This document shows positions 52,116-62,255 of a DNA stretch of 64,000 bases, one piece after another. The DNA is from Zancudomyces culisetae HAW-14-8 (Eukaryota > Fungi > Kickxellomycota). The stretch is taken from contig JBNJNM010000011.1 in assembly GCA_052426225.1 (NCBI GenBank), positions 5,022,001 to 5,086,000 on the forward strand, given 5' to 3'. Both the position numbers and the translations under genes were made by a program. The notes beneath the pieces were generated by a model that was not told where the DNA came from, searched no databases, and saw only the letters and a program-made list of their open reading frames with translations. Numbering within the stretch: the stretch's first letter is position 1; each line of letters begins with the position of its first letter.

Positions 52116-53609
52116 TTATACAGATCCAAAGCTCTTTTCGATGGCCTTCTTCCATCCTGAGACCATTTGTTGTCGCTTTTCATCAGAAATGGTGCTTGTG
52201 AACAGTTTGGTAACGCTTTGTCCTGCAATCTCGCTCTTGTCCTTCCAAAAGCCGACGGCAAGACCAGCGGCAATGGCAGCACCAAATGCGGTAGTTTCGC
52301 GCATCTCTGGTCTGATTACTTCAATTCCAAGAATATCAGCCTGGATTTGCATGGTGAGATCAGAATTTGTCAAACCACCATCTACACGGAGCTTCTTGAG
52401 TTCGGTTCCACTGTCAGCATTCATGGCGTCGAGAATGTCCTTGGTTTGGTAGCATACTGATTCGAGTGTTGCACGAGCAATGTGTCCTCCAGTGGCGTAC
52501 TGTGTCAAACCAGTAATAACACCTCTGGCATCATCTCTCCAGTATGGTGCGAATAGTCCTGAGAAAGCTGTTACAAAGTATACACCGCCGTTATCACTAA
52601 CGGATTCTGCAAGGGTGTTTACGTGTGGTGCATTAGAAATGAGTCCGACCTTATCACGGAGCCATTGGATTGCTGATCCAGCTACTGCGATTGATCCCTC
52701 AAGAGCATAAGTTGGCTTTTCATTTGGACCAAGTTGGTACGCAACAGTTGTCAAAAGACCGTTCTTGGAGAAGATTGGAGTTTCTCCAGTATTGAAAAGC
52801 ATGAAACAACCTGTTCCATAAGTATTCTTTGCTTCACCAGGACTGAAACATAGTTGTCCGACTGTTGCAGCCTGTTGATCTCCAAGATCACCAGCTATAC
52901 TTACACCTTTCAATGCACCGCGTGCGATTTGTCCGTATACTTCGGAGGATGATCTGATTTCAGCTAGGCATGACTTGTTGATTCCAAAGAACTCGCATGA
53001 CTTGTCGCTCCATTGTAGTGTCTTGAGATCCATCAACATGGTTCTGCTAGCATTGGTAACATCACTGACGTGTTTACCAGTGAGTTTGTAAATAATCCAC
53101 GAATCAACAGTACCAAAGCGAAGAGTGCCTTTTTCATTGGCCTTTTTGACTGCATCAACATTCTCCAACATCCACACCATCTTGACTGCACTGAAGTATG
53201 TAGCGAGTGGCAAACCACAAATGGTTGGGATTTCCGAGTCGGCATCCTTTTGTGTCAATCTTTGAACAATGTCTCTTGTGCGTGTGTCATTCCATATAAT
53301 GGCGTCGGTCAAACACTCACCAGTTTCTGAATCCCAGGCAACAGTGGTCTCACGTTGGTTAGTAATACCAACTGCGACAATATCAGATACAGAGTGACCA
53401 AGTTTCACGAAACTCTCAACACATTGCTCCACAGAGTCTTCAACAGAGCTCAAGATTTCATTTGGGTCATTTTGTACCCATCCTGGCTGTGGGTAAACGT
53501 TGGAATATTCAATTTGGTGGGATGTTACAACCTTTCCTGTGTGGTCAAAAATCAAGAACCTTGAGGATGATGTTCCCTGATCAATTGAGCCTACAAACTT
53601 GTTTTCCAT
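52116..53609 (-). CDS. GUT1: Glycerol kinase
   Basis: FVGSIDQGTSSSRF, GITNQRETT, GDQQAATVGQ, KNTYGTGCF, FSGLFAPYW, VDGG; start placed at the second ATG (53609) where homology begins; an in-frame ATG exists at 53678. Confidence 0.96.
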   Translation of the reverse strand: MENKFVGSIDQGTSSSRFLIFDHTGKVVTSHQIEYSNVYPQPGWVQNDPNEILSSVEDSVEQCVESFVKLGHSVSDIVAVGITNQRETTVAWDSETGECLTDAIIWNDTRTRDIVQRLTQKDADSEIPTICGLPLATYFSAVKMVWMLENVDAVKKANEKGTLRFGTVDSWIIYKLTGKHVSDVTNASRTMLMDLKTLQWSDKSCEFFGINKSCLAEIRSSSEVYGQIARGALKGVSIAGDLGDQQAATVGQLCFSPGEAKNTYGTGCFMLFNTGETPIFSKNGLLTTVAYQLGPNEKPTYALEGSIAVAGSAIQWLRDKVGLISNAPHVNTLAESVSDNGGVYFVTAFSGLFAPYWRDDARGVITGLTQYATGGHIARATLESVCYQTKDILDAMNADSGTELKKLRVDGGLTNSDLTMQIQADILGIEVIRPEMRETTAFGAAIAAGLAVGFWKDKSEIAGQSVTKLFTSTISDEKRQQMVSGWKKAIEKSFGSV

Positions 53610-56503
53610 TGCAGTATTTTTTCTCTTGTTTGTCGATGGATATGTGAGTTTTTTTTTTGTTTCACGTCTCCGGGTCATCCATACCCTTTATATAAATTTT
53701 TGTGTTTTCATTAATTACACTATTTTTATGAGCGTACTCTATTTCTCGTATCAAAAATTGAAAACTGATGATTCTCACTTATTCCCCCCCCCTTCTTTTA
53801 CTTTGTTATTATCAATGTGAACCTTAATTTATTTAGCTCAAGCACAAATCGTTCCATAAGAATTTTTTGTTTATTCCAAATTACCTACCCCCTCACCTTA
53901 CGTTAACACATTTGCGTTAGCCCAGTTTAGCTATCACAATCTTTTCTGAAAATCCGTATTAAGAAAACATATCGGATGGTGATTATTTTTTTGGCCTTTT
54001 TAACAAGCATTTTTTTACATAAACCTTACATTATTCAGGCAATTGTATAGCTTGGAAATTCAAATTAGCTACCTTATAACATAATTTATGGTCAAATTGT
54101 CGGTTTACAAATTTTCATGTGATTTAAGAGTGGTCATTTTGTAATATTCTGTTTCAAACAATTTCTTCAACATTTCTTGTGCGATCTCTCTTCCCCATTG
54201 TTAAGGTGGTCTTTTATCTTTCTATTCCTTTTTTTCGGTTTTCCACTCTTGCGCTACAAAAGTATCTCTTGTAATGCTCTGGAATTCTATTCTACAATCA
54301 TCTTTCTCTCATGACCAAATTTAATACAAGTATGTGACATACATAAGGTCTAACATTCTCTATTTTTTTTTGCCTGCTATTTTCTTTTTTTTTTGCTTGT
54401 TATTTTTCTTTTGTTGTCCATTACTTTTTTGTTCCAAATTGTGATTATGTGTTGGTATATTTCAAGAGGCCACTTTTGCGGTTGGATCAATTAATTTTTA
54501 ATTCGAAGTGCTCACTTTCCCTATTAAAACTCGTTTAACCCGGAGGTCAAAAATTATCGTTAAATTTCCAACATGTGAAAGTGGTTTTACAATTACAAAA
54601 TGACAAAAGTTGGTCTTTAATTGCAGCTTTTTTGTGAACTGATTTCTTTAATTTTTTTCTCATCAACTCTATTCAATCAATGTATGGTCTCAAAATCTAA
54701 TTTAATAATTAAAAGCAAATAGGAAAAGTCCTGGTTTCCCCTATTTTTTCTTTTTTCTTTTTTCGAAATTGAGAAATCCCAAAAAGGAAAGTGAACTTAT
54801 TATGTAACATTATTCGCTACGCATTGGTAAACCTCATTGCGACCCCTTACCCAAGGAATTACAAATGATACGCTTCACATGCTATTTTATCCATTTCATT
54901 GACCATGCCTCTGGTTGAGTATGTCCACCAAGTCTCCATTTAACTCGTTCCTCACAGCCCTTTATTGTTTCTTCTGTTTGCAAAGATAAATACAACATGC
55001 ATTTTTTATCGTTTTTTCATTTTTGGGATCAGGTAACTAGCCACTATCAAGCTTATAAGAGCGCATTATTAATTTTTGCCTTTTGCTAGCAGTTTTTAAA
55101 TGGGTTAATTGATAGTCATCAGCAGAAATTGGCACTAAATTATATCATTCGACCATTGCTCACCAATTAGTTGCTTACTCTGACTTGCCTTTTTCAAGTT
55201 ACATAAGGTTTTAGAGTGGTACTTCCTAGTTTAATCGCTAAAATAATAACATTCGATGTTATTCACAAAAAGTTTGTCACAACTATATAGGCGAAATAAA
55301 GTTAACTTTTTTTTTGAATGGTAACTTTTACAAAAGAGCAAATCTATTTTATTGAAGGACAGTGACAAGCTGGTCTGACCATCTCTAATAAAAAATAATG
55401 CTTAGCTTTTAGGAGAAAATAAACTAACTCGGTACATAGCACCATCCAGCTACTTCCAGGTCTGAGTGCATGTTTTATTTGAGCTTGGAATAGCACCACC
55501 AAGCCGTAATTCTTGCACTTATGTTTACTAGCATTTGGTGATAAAGTTTGCGTAACAAAATTTATAATGATGACTCTTAATAAAAGAATCGAGATTCCTT
55601 CTTATATTATATTTTCCAATTTAGGCTTTTTCTAGTAATTGACGAGAAAAACAATAACTGTACCCATTGAACTTATAAGTCACGCTTTTCCAAGAGAAAA
55701 ACATAAAGGGAACAAATAATAACTGTAGGTCGCACAGAGACCGCCTTACTTCAAAATCTATCTGCAAAATAATACATGCCATATTGACTCCTAGAATAAA
55801 TGGATGAACACTAGTATTTTGCACAAGGAATATTTTTGAAGAACAAAACGTGTTTTATGACTATGCGCTTATTAGTGGATGAGTAGAATAAAAATTTACA
55901 ATCACATTTATTAATATGATGGTATAACTTAGCAAACTATGTTGTGTAGATGAACTTTAATTCAAATATACACAGCTACAGATTAATTTAGAGCATAAAC
56001 CATTTTGCAGATAATTTGATATGTGAAAATTATAAAGCGTCATAGTGCTTGTAGCAAATGAATAGTGAGGTTTACGCATATTACTGTTTTGCCTATGAGC
56101 TGTTGGATCCATGTTTTTTTGTCCGAGCTTGTTGGTTTTGATTTTGTGTGGTGCTAGAGCCTTCAAATTTTATACTGCACATGTTACCACAAAAAAAACT
56201 GAAAATAGCTAATTGTAATATCGCTGTATTAAAATTTTACTGGTCGTTCCGTATACCTTCCACCCACAACTTTATACTAAACGGGTTATTATGTAGATCA
56301 TTTCTTTGCCACTTTCATCTCCAATTTCCGAGGTATACAATTTAAAACTTTAATTTCCCAAAAAAAGTTAAAAATATGTCTAAACAAGTATTATATAAAA
56401 ATATTTATAGGGTCTATTTTAATGTACTTGATTCATATAGATACCAAATTATTCTATTAACAGCAATATCAAAACTAAAATAAAGAATCTATAAAAGTGG
56501 TTA

Positions 56504-56915
56504 TGTCATGAACTGATTCTAGAATGTTCAAAAACGTTCTAGAATCATCTGATTTTATTCCGCAGTAATGTTTAGAATGTTCCCCAACATTCTAGAACAT
56601 TACCGAAAATTCACATTATTTATTAATTTTTCTTACGTAATAATTTTCACATGTTTAATTTTATTAGCATTCGAGTTTGATTTTTGTTTGATTACTAATC
56701 CAATTTGATTAGTAATCAAACACGTTTTACTTTAACTTGCATTTTTAGCTATTCCGCAGTTTTCATAGTGATTTTGTTCAAAAACCAAGGCTGGAAAAAA
56801 GTATAAAAAGGGTACAATTTTCCTGTCTTGGATTCAGTATCTAGTATCTTGTATACATTCATACAATAAACTTTAATAATAATAAATATAACTCTCCTGA
56901 CTCCAGATCTTGACA
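56504..56915 (+). repeat. 5' LTR of element 1
   Basis: TGTCA...TGACA termini, TATAAAA at 56802-56808, AATAAA at 56865-56870; no difference from 61805-62216 found by eye. Confidence 0.97.
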
Positions 56916-56917
56916 CT

Positions 56918-56926
56918 ATACTAGAT
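56918..56926 (+). promoter_or_regulatory. Self-priming-type primer binding site of element 1
   Basis: ATACTAGAT, 2 nt after the LTR, is the reverse complement of ATCTAGTAT at 56839-56847, 30 nt downstream of the LTR TATA box; no TGG-initiated tRNA PBS is present. Confidence 0.75.
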
Positions 56927-56975
56927 CAAAATATTATATTTATTATTTTCTGACACCAGCCTAAGTATTTTAACT

Positions 56976-58196
56976 ATGGAACCGTTTAGCCCAGAACAAG
57001 TTGAATTCCTCAACAAAGCCGCCGTGACCCTGCCAGCAGTTGAAGACGCCCTCCAGCAACTACTAATAAGAGTAGAAAAAGCCGAGTCTGCCATCAAGGA
57101 ACACCCTGCCACAGTATCCAAGAAAATTTATGACAAGGTCAAAGCAGACACCACCAAGTCCATCCAGACCATTCTTGACTCCATGAAAAACCTCCAGTCC
57201 GATATCCAGAATTCAGACCAGCTAACCCAAAGCGCCATACAGGCCAACCAGTTGGAAATCCAATCCCTTCAGGACCAGCTCAGTACCCTCAGGAACGAAG
57301 TCATACTTTATATAACTGAAAACCGTGCCACCAAAGTTGCTAGTACTTCTGAACCTAGTATCAAAGTAAGACACCCAGACACATTTTCAGGAAAACCCTC
57401 CGCCTGTTCCAACTTCTTTTCACAGCTTGCTCTCGTCTTTGCCGCTTCACCCGACAAATTCAACACTGACTCAAGTAAAGTCTTGTATGCCATCTCCTAC
57501 CTCTCAGGCACACCATTCAGTTACATGGAACCTTACCTCATGAAAGCAAACCTTCCAGAGTCTGACCGTCCTGCCATCCTCTCCAACTACAATCTGTTTA
57601 AAGAAACTATCACTCGTGCTTTTGGTGATCCCAACCCTATTGAGAATGCTGATAGGGCAATCCGCCAACTCCGCCAAACCACTTCCGTTGCCGCATATGC
57701 CACCGAGTTTAGACGCCTACAGATGTTAATTGACTGGAACCAACCACCTTTGATCTCACAGTTTCTATCCGGTCTCAAGTACAACGTATCCCAGGAACTC
57801 AACCGTAGAGAACCAATAGAAGACATCGATACCCTGATCTCTACAGCCATCCAGATCGACAACCGCCTCTTCAGCCATCCACTACGTCGTCAACCTCCAG
57901 TTAACCCCACTGCAACTATGCCACCCAAACCCACTGCTTACAACCCGTTTGCTTCACCTGTTTCTGCACCATCTACCACTCCACCAGCTAATAGTGATGG
58001 ACCTCAACCAATGGATCTCAGTACCGCTTCATCGACTAGAAGACCACCACTTACTCCTGCTCAAAGAGCATACCGTATCGAAAACAACCTCTGTCTCTAT
58101 TGTGGCGGTAATGACCATTTCAACATCAACTGTCCAAAGAAACGCCACAACATCTCCAGCATTACACCAACACAGGAAAACGACACCGCCCAGTAG
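56976..58196 (+). CDS. gag: Gag of element 1
   Basis: N-terminal coiled coil, capsid-like PDTFSG...YAISYLSG...LRQTTSVAAYATEF, PMDL motif, zinc knuckle CLYCGGNDHFNINC. Confidence 0.95.
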   Translation: MEPFSPEQVEFLNKAAVTLPAVEDALQQLLIRVEKAESAIKEHPATVSKKIYDKVKADTTKSIQTILDSMKNLQSDIQNSDQLTQSAIQANQLEIQSLQDQLSTLRNEVILYITENRATKVASTSEPSIKVRHPDTFSGKPSACSNFFSQLALVFAASPDKFNTDSSKVLYAISYLSGTPFSYMEPYLMKANLPESDRPAILSNYNLFKETITRAFGDPNPIENADRAIRQLRQTTSVAAYATEFRRLQMLIDWNQPPLISQFLSGLKYNVSQELNRREPIEDIDTLISTAIQIDNRLFSHPLRRQPPVNPTATMPPKPTAYNPFASPVSAPSTTPPANSDGPQPMDLSTASSTRRPPLTPAQRAYRIENNLCLYCGGNDHFNINCPKKRHNISSITPTQENDTAQ

Positions 58197-58234
58197 ACAG
58201 TAAGGGACACCTATTGGGCAACTTAGCCAGTCCC
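58175..58234 (+). promoter_or_regulatory. -1 ribosomal frameshift signal: G_GAA_AAC heptamer plus H-type pseudoknot
   Basis: Heptamer 58175-58181 in gag phase, 6-nt spacer, stem 1 58188-58196/58211-58219, stem 2 GGGAC 58204-58208/GTCCC 58230-58234. Confidence 0.85.
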
Positions 58235-61200
58235 CACGCCACTGTAACCACTCCTGTTTCTGACACCCAATCTCCTGATAAACCAAACACCTTGACCATT
58301 CCTGTAACCATCTTGTCCAAGCACCACCACATCAAAACCTACGCTATGGTTGATTCTGGTGCTTCGTCCTCGTTCATTGACGCCACCTTTGCTCTAAAAA
58401 TCAATCTCCCATCTATATCTAGAAAAATGACAATCACTCTCGCTGACGGATCAAAGCTTAGATCCAACTCTGCCTCCCAAGTAACACTAAAAATCAATGA
58501 TAACCATCTCGAAAGTATCTATCTGCAACAACTAGATCTTGGATCTTCACCAATCATCCTTGGTCTTTCCTGGCTTCAACAACACAATCCTGACATCAAC
58601 TGGACTGAGAACATAGTCCATCTGCCTTGTACCTTGACTTCTTGTGGGCCCAACCATGTCAACCTAGACATATCTCTTGTGGGCTCAAACCAGTTTAAAG
58701 AACATCTGAAGGCACCAGACACTGTCTATGCTGGTGCAATTACCGTGAACAATCTTGAATCCCTTGTAGCTCCTGAATCCTGTGAAAATCTCTGTCTTGT
58801 CTCTGAATCTAATCCTGAAAACCCTGTAACTCCTGTAATCCCTGAAAAGTATAAAATGTTTGAATCTGTCTTCTCTGAATCCCAATCTGCCAAACTGCCT
58901 GAACATCGTCCATATGATCATACCATTCCTTTGCTTCCTGACTCAAAGATACCATATGGCCCATTGTACAACCTCTCCCAATTGGAACTAAAGACCCTGT
59001 ACGACTACATTCAGGAAAACCTAGCCAATGGTTTTATCCAACGCTCTGAATCCCCGGCTGGGGCTCCCGTCCTATTTGTAAAAAAGAAAGATGGTAGTCT
59101 CCGGTTGTGCGTCGACTATAGAGCCCTGAATAAGATCACTGTCCCCAACCGTGCAGCCTTGCCACTCATCTCTGAAACCTTGGATCGGCTTGGCAAAGCC
59201 AAGATATTCACCAAGCTGGATATGAAATCCGCATACCACATGATCAGGATCTCGCCTGGTGAAGAATGGAAGACCGCGTTTCGTACACGCTACGGCCACT
59301 TCGAGTATAAGGTCATGCCGTTTGGCCTTATGAATGCTCCAGCCACGTTCCAGTCCTTTGTTAACGATCTCTTCCGTGAATACATTGATCAATTCCTTGT
59401 TGTGTACATCGATGATCTGTTAATCTACTCAGATGATATCGATAAGCACTATGACCACGTCTGCCTTGTCTTGAAGAAGCTTCAGGAACACAATCTCACC
59501 CTCAAGCTAGAGAAATGTGAGTTTGATGTACAATCAGTACAGTTCCTCGGTTTTGTAATTGGCCCCAACGGAATCTCTATGGATCCATCTAAAGTATCCA
59601 GCGTCACCGAATGGAAGACACCAACTTGTGTCCGTGACGTTCAGGCATTCCTTGGCCTTACAAACTTCTACCGCCGTTTTATTCTGAACTACTCCAAGAT
59701 ATCTCTGCCGCTCACCGCCTTGTTGAAAAAAGGTGTCCAATTCCAGTGGACACCCAAAGCTGAAGAAGCTTTCGCCTTGCTAAAAGAAACCATGATCAGT
59801 AACCCAGTCTTAGCTCACTACAATCCTGACCAGCCTTGTATCATCGAAACCGATGCATCAGATTTTGCATTAGGTGCCATTTGCAGCCAGTATGACAACG
59901 AGGGACAACTCCACCCTGTTGCATACTACTCCCGGAAACTCCTGCCTGCTGAAGTGAATTATCAAATCTATGATAAGGAACTGTTAGCAATTATCGACGC
60001 TTTTGCTCACTGGCGTCACTACCTTGAATTTTCTGTACACCCAACCGTTGTTATGACCGACCATAAAAACTTGGAATACTTCTCCACTACCAGAAATCTT
60101 AGTCGCCGCCAAGTCAGATGGTCAGAATACCTCAGTAACTTCAACTTTGTCATCAAGTACCGCCCTGGAAAACAGAACACTGCCGCCGATGCTCTTTCTC
60201 GGAAAGACCAACCTTGGAAGGGGGGTGACTCCCGTACTGACCAAAACAAAATAACTTTGCTGCCTCCTGAAATCTTCTTGAAGTCCATGACTAGTACACC
60301 TGTTGAACCTTTGTCCTCCACGCTCATGAACAACATCAAGTCACTACAACCCAAAGACACGTACTTTGGACCCATTTACACTGACTTATCCAAGAAACCT
60401 GATTCCCATGAAAAGTTCGCTCTTGTTGACAATCTTCTGCACTATGATGGACTAATCTGTATCCCCTCAGACGACAACATCAAAAGAACAATTCTGATTG
60501 AATGCCATGATTCCCCTGCTGCCGGCCACTTTGGAAATGCAAAGACATACGAACTTGTATCTCGCAACTTTTACTGGCCAACCATGAGAAAATATATCAA
60601 AGACTACATCTCTGGTTGCGATACCTGTCAACGCAACAAATCCTCTCGCCATAAACCATATGGCTACCTCGCTCCACTTCCCGTTCCTGATTCACCTTGG
60701 TCATCTGTTTCTGTCGACTTCATCACTCAGCTACCTCCATCCAATAACTTTACTGCAATCTGTGTATTTGTGGATCGCCTTACCAAGATGGCGCATTTTG
60801 TTCCCACAACCAATGAAATTGATGCTGAAGGTACTGCAGATCTATTTATCCAACATGTCTTCTGCAAACATGGGCTCCCTAAAGACATCGTATCTGATAG
60901 AGGTGTGACCTTCAATTCATCATTCATGCGTACTCTAATGAAATCACTGAATATTGAACAGAAAATGTCCACCGCATTCCATCCTCAGACAGATGGACAA
61001 ACTGAACGCGTAAACTCTGTATTGGAACAGTATCTCAGGTGCTACATTGATTACCAACAAACTGATTGGTCAAAGTGGTTACCAATTGCCGAATTCGCCT
61101 ACAACAACACATCTCATGCTTCTACTAAGACCACACCTTTCTACGCAAACTATGGCTTCCATCCACGCTTCTCAGTCATAATCCCTCGTACTCAAGTTTT

Positions 61201-61792
61201 AAATCCTGCTTCCTCTGATAGATCCAAACGACTATCTGATATCCATCAAGAACTGAAGTTTAACATCTCCCTTGCCCTTGAAGACCATGAGAAATACTAC
61301 AACCGAAAAGTATCATCACAACCTGACTTCAACATTGGTGATATTGTCTATCTCTCAACTAAAAACATCAGGACTCAAAGACCAAGCAAGAAGCTTGACT
61401 ATCGGAAACTTGGTCCATTCAAAGTATTGGAAAAGATTGGACAAAGATCATACAAACTTCAGCTACCACACACAATGAAGATTCACCCAGTATTCCACGT
61501 CAATCTCCTTGAACCTTGTAAACCAGATCTGATCCCAGACAGACTATCAAAACCGCTTCCACCTGTGATCATTGATGGTCAAGAAGAATATGAAGTTGAG
61601 AAAATCCTAGATAGTAAAATATTTGGTAGAACTGTCAAATACCTGGTACACTGGAAAGGATACCCAGACACTGAACGTACCTGGCAAACATATTCTGACT
61701 TAGCAAATGCAAAATATCTTGTCACTGAATTCCATCGTCACCATCCTGAAAAACCAAAGCCAACACAAATGCTTCACGGAGCTCAGCCTTAA
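58175..61792 (+). CDS. pol: Pol polyprotein of element 1 (protease, RT, RNase H, integrase, chromodomain), -1 frame relative to gag
   Basis: AMVDSGAS, LRLCVDYRALN, YIDD, ETDAS, H-H-C-C zinc finger, VDF/SDRG/E triad, GPF module, EYEVEKILD...YLVHWKGY; frame is open from the slippery site (track start 58214 is a TTG). Confidence 0.96.
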   Translation, partial: GKRHRPVDSKGHLLGNLASPHATVTTPVSDTQSPDKPNTLTIPVTILSKHHHIKTYAMVDSGASSSFIDATFALKINLPSISRKMTITLADGSKLRSNSASQVTLKINDNHLESIYLQQLDLGSSPIILGLSWLQQHNPDINWTENIVHLPCTLTSCGPNHVNLDISLVGSNQFKEHLKAPDTVYAGAITVNNLESLVAPESCENLCLVSESNPENPVTPVIPEKYKMFESVFSESQSAKLPEHRPYDHTIPLLPDSKIPYGPLYNLSQLELKTLYDYIQENLANGFIQRSESPAGAPVLFVKKKDGSLRLCVDYRALNKITVPNRAALPLISETLDRLGKAKIFTKLDMKSAYHMIRISPGEEWKTAFRTRYGHFEYKVMPFGLMNAPATFQSFVNDLFREYIDQFLVVYIDDLLIYSDDIDKHYDHVCLVLKKLQEHNLTLKLEKCEFDVQSVQFLGFVIGPNGISMDPSKVSSVTEWKTPTCVRDVQAFLGLTNFYRRFILNYSKISLPLTALLKKGVQFQWTPKAEEAFALLKETMISNPVLAHYNPDQPCIIETDASDFALGAICSQYDNEGQLHPVAYYSRKLLPAEVNYQIYDKELLAIIDAFAHWRHYLEFSVHPTVVMTDHKNLEYFSTTRNLSRRQVRWSEYLSNFNFVIKYRPGKQNTAADALSRKDQPWKGGDSRTDQNKITLLPPEIFLKSMTSTPVEPLSSTLMNNIKSLQPKDTYFGPIYTDLSKKPDSHEKFALVDNLLHYDGLICIPSDDNIKRTILIECHDSPAAGHFGNAKTYELVSRNFYWPTMRKYIKDYISGCDTCQRNKSSRHKPYGYLAPLPVPDSPWSSVSVDFITQLPPSNNFTAICVFVDRLTKMAHFVPTTNEIDAEGTADLFIQHVFCKHGLPKDIVSDRGVTFNSSFMRTLMKSLNIEQKMSTAFHPQTDGQTERVNSVLEQYLRCYIDYQQTDWSKWLPIAEFAYNNTSHASTKTTPFYANYGFHPRFSVIIPRTQVLNPASSDRSKRLSDIHQELKFNISLALEDHEKYYNRKVSSQPDFNIGDIVYLSTKNIRTQRPSKKLDYRKLGPFKVLEKIGQRSYKLQLPHTMKIHPVFHVNLLEPCKPDLIPDRLSKPLPPVIIDGQEEYEVEKILDSKIFGRTVKYLVHWKGYPDTERTWQTYSDLANAKYLVTEFHRHHPEKPKPTQMLHGAQP

Positions 61793-61801
61793 GAGGGGAG
61801 G
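61791..61801 (+). promoter_or_regulatory. Polypurine tract of element 1
   Basis: AAGAGGGGAGG ending 3 nt before the 3' LTR and overlapping the pol stop codon. Confidence 0.9.
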
Positions 61802-61804
61802 TCG

Positions 61805-62216
61805 TGTCATGAACTGATTCTAGAATGTTCAAAAACGTTCTAGAATCATCTGATTTTATTCCGCAGTAATGTTTAGAATGTTCCCCAACATTCTAGAACA
61901 TTACCGAAAATTCACATTATTTATTAATTTTTCTTACGTAATAATTTTCACATGTTTAATTTTATTAGCATTCGAGTTTGATTTTTGTTTGATTACTAAT
62001 CCAATTTGATTAGTAATCAAACACGTTTTACTTTAACTTGCATTTTTAGCTATTCCGCAGTTTTCATAGTGATTTTGTTCAAAAACCAAGGCTGGAAAAA
62101 AGTATAAAAAGGGTACAATTTTCCTGTCTTGGATTCAGTATCTAGTATCTTGTATACATTCATACAATAAACTTTAATAATAATAAATATAACTCTCCTG
62201 ACTCCAGATCTTGACA
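61805..62216 (+). repeat. 3' LTR of element 1
   Basis: 412-bp direct repeat of 56504-56915 followed by the TSD GGTTA. Confidence 0.97.
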
Positions 62217-62255
62217 GGTTATATGAGTATATAATAGTCAACTTGAAATCTTCTT

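Larger units (their letters stand above)
56504..62216 (+). mobile_element. Full-length Ty3/Gypsy chromovirus LTR retrotransposon (element 1)
   Basis: Two 412-bp TG...CA LTRs, 5-bp TSD GGTTA (56499-56503 and 62217-62221), gag, PR-RT-RH-IN-chromodomain pol, PPT. Confidence 0.98.

Noticed and set aside
58194-58196. gag stop-codon readthrough into pol
   Set aside because: pol is in the -1 frame and the gag frame meets another TAG ten codons later
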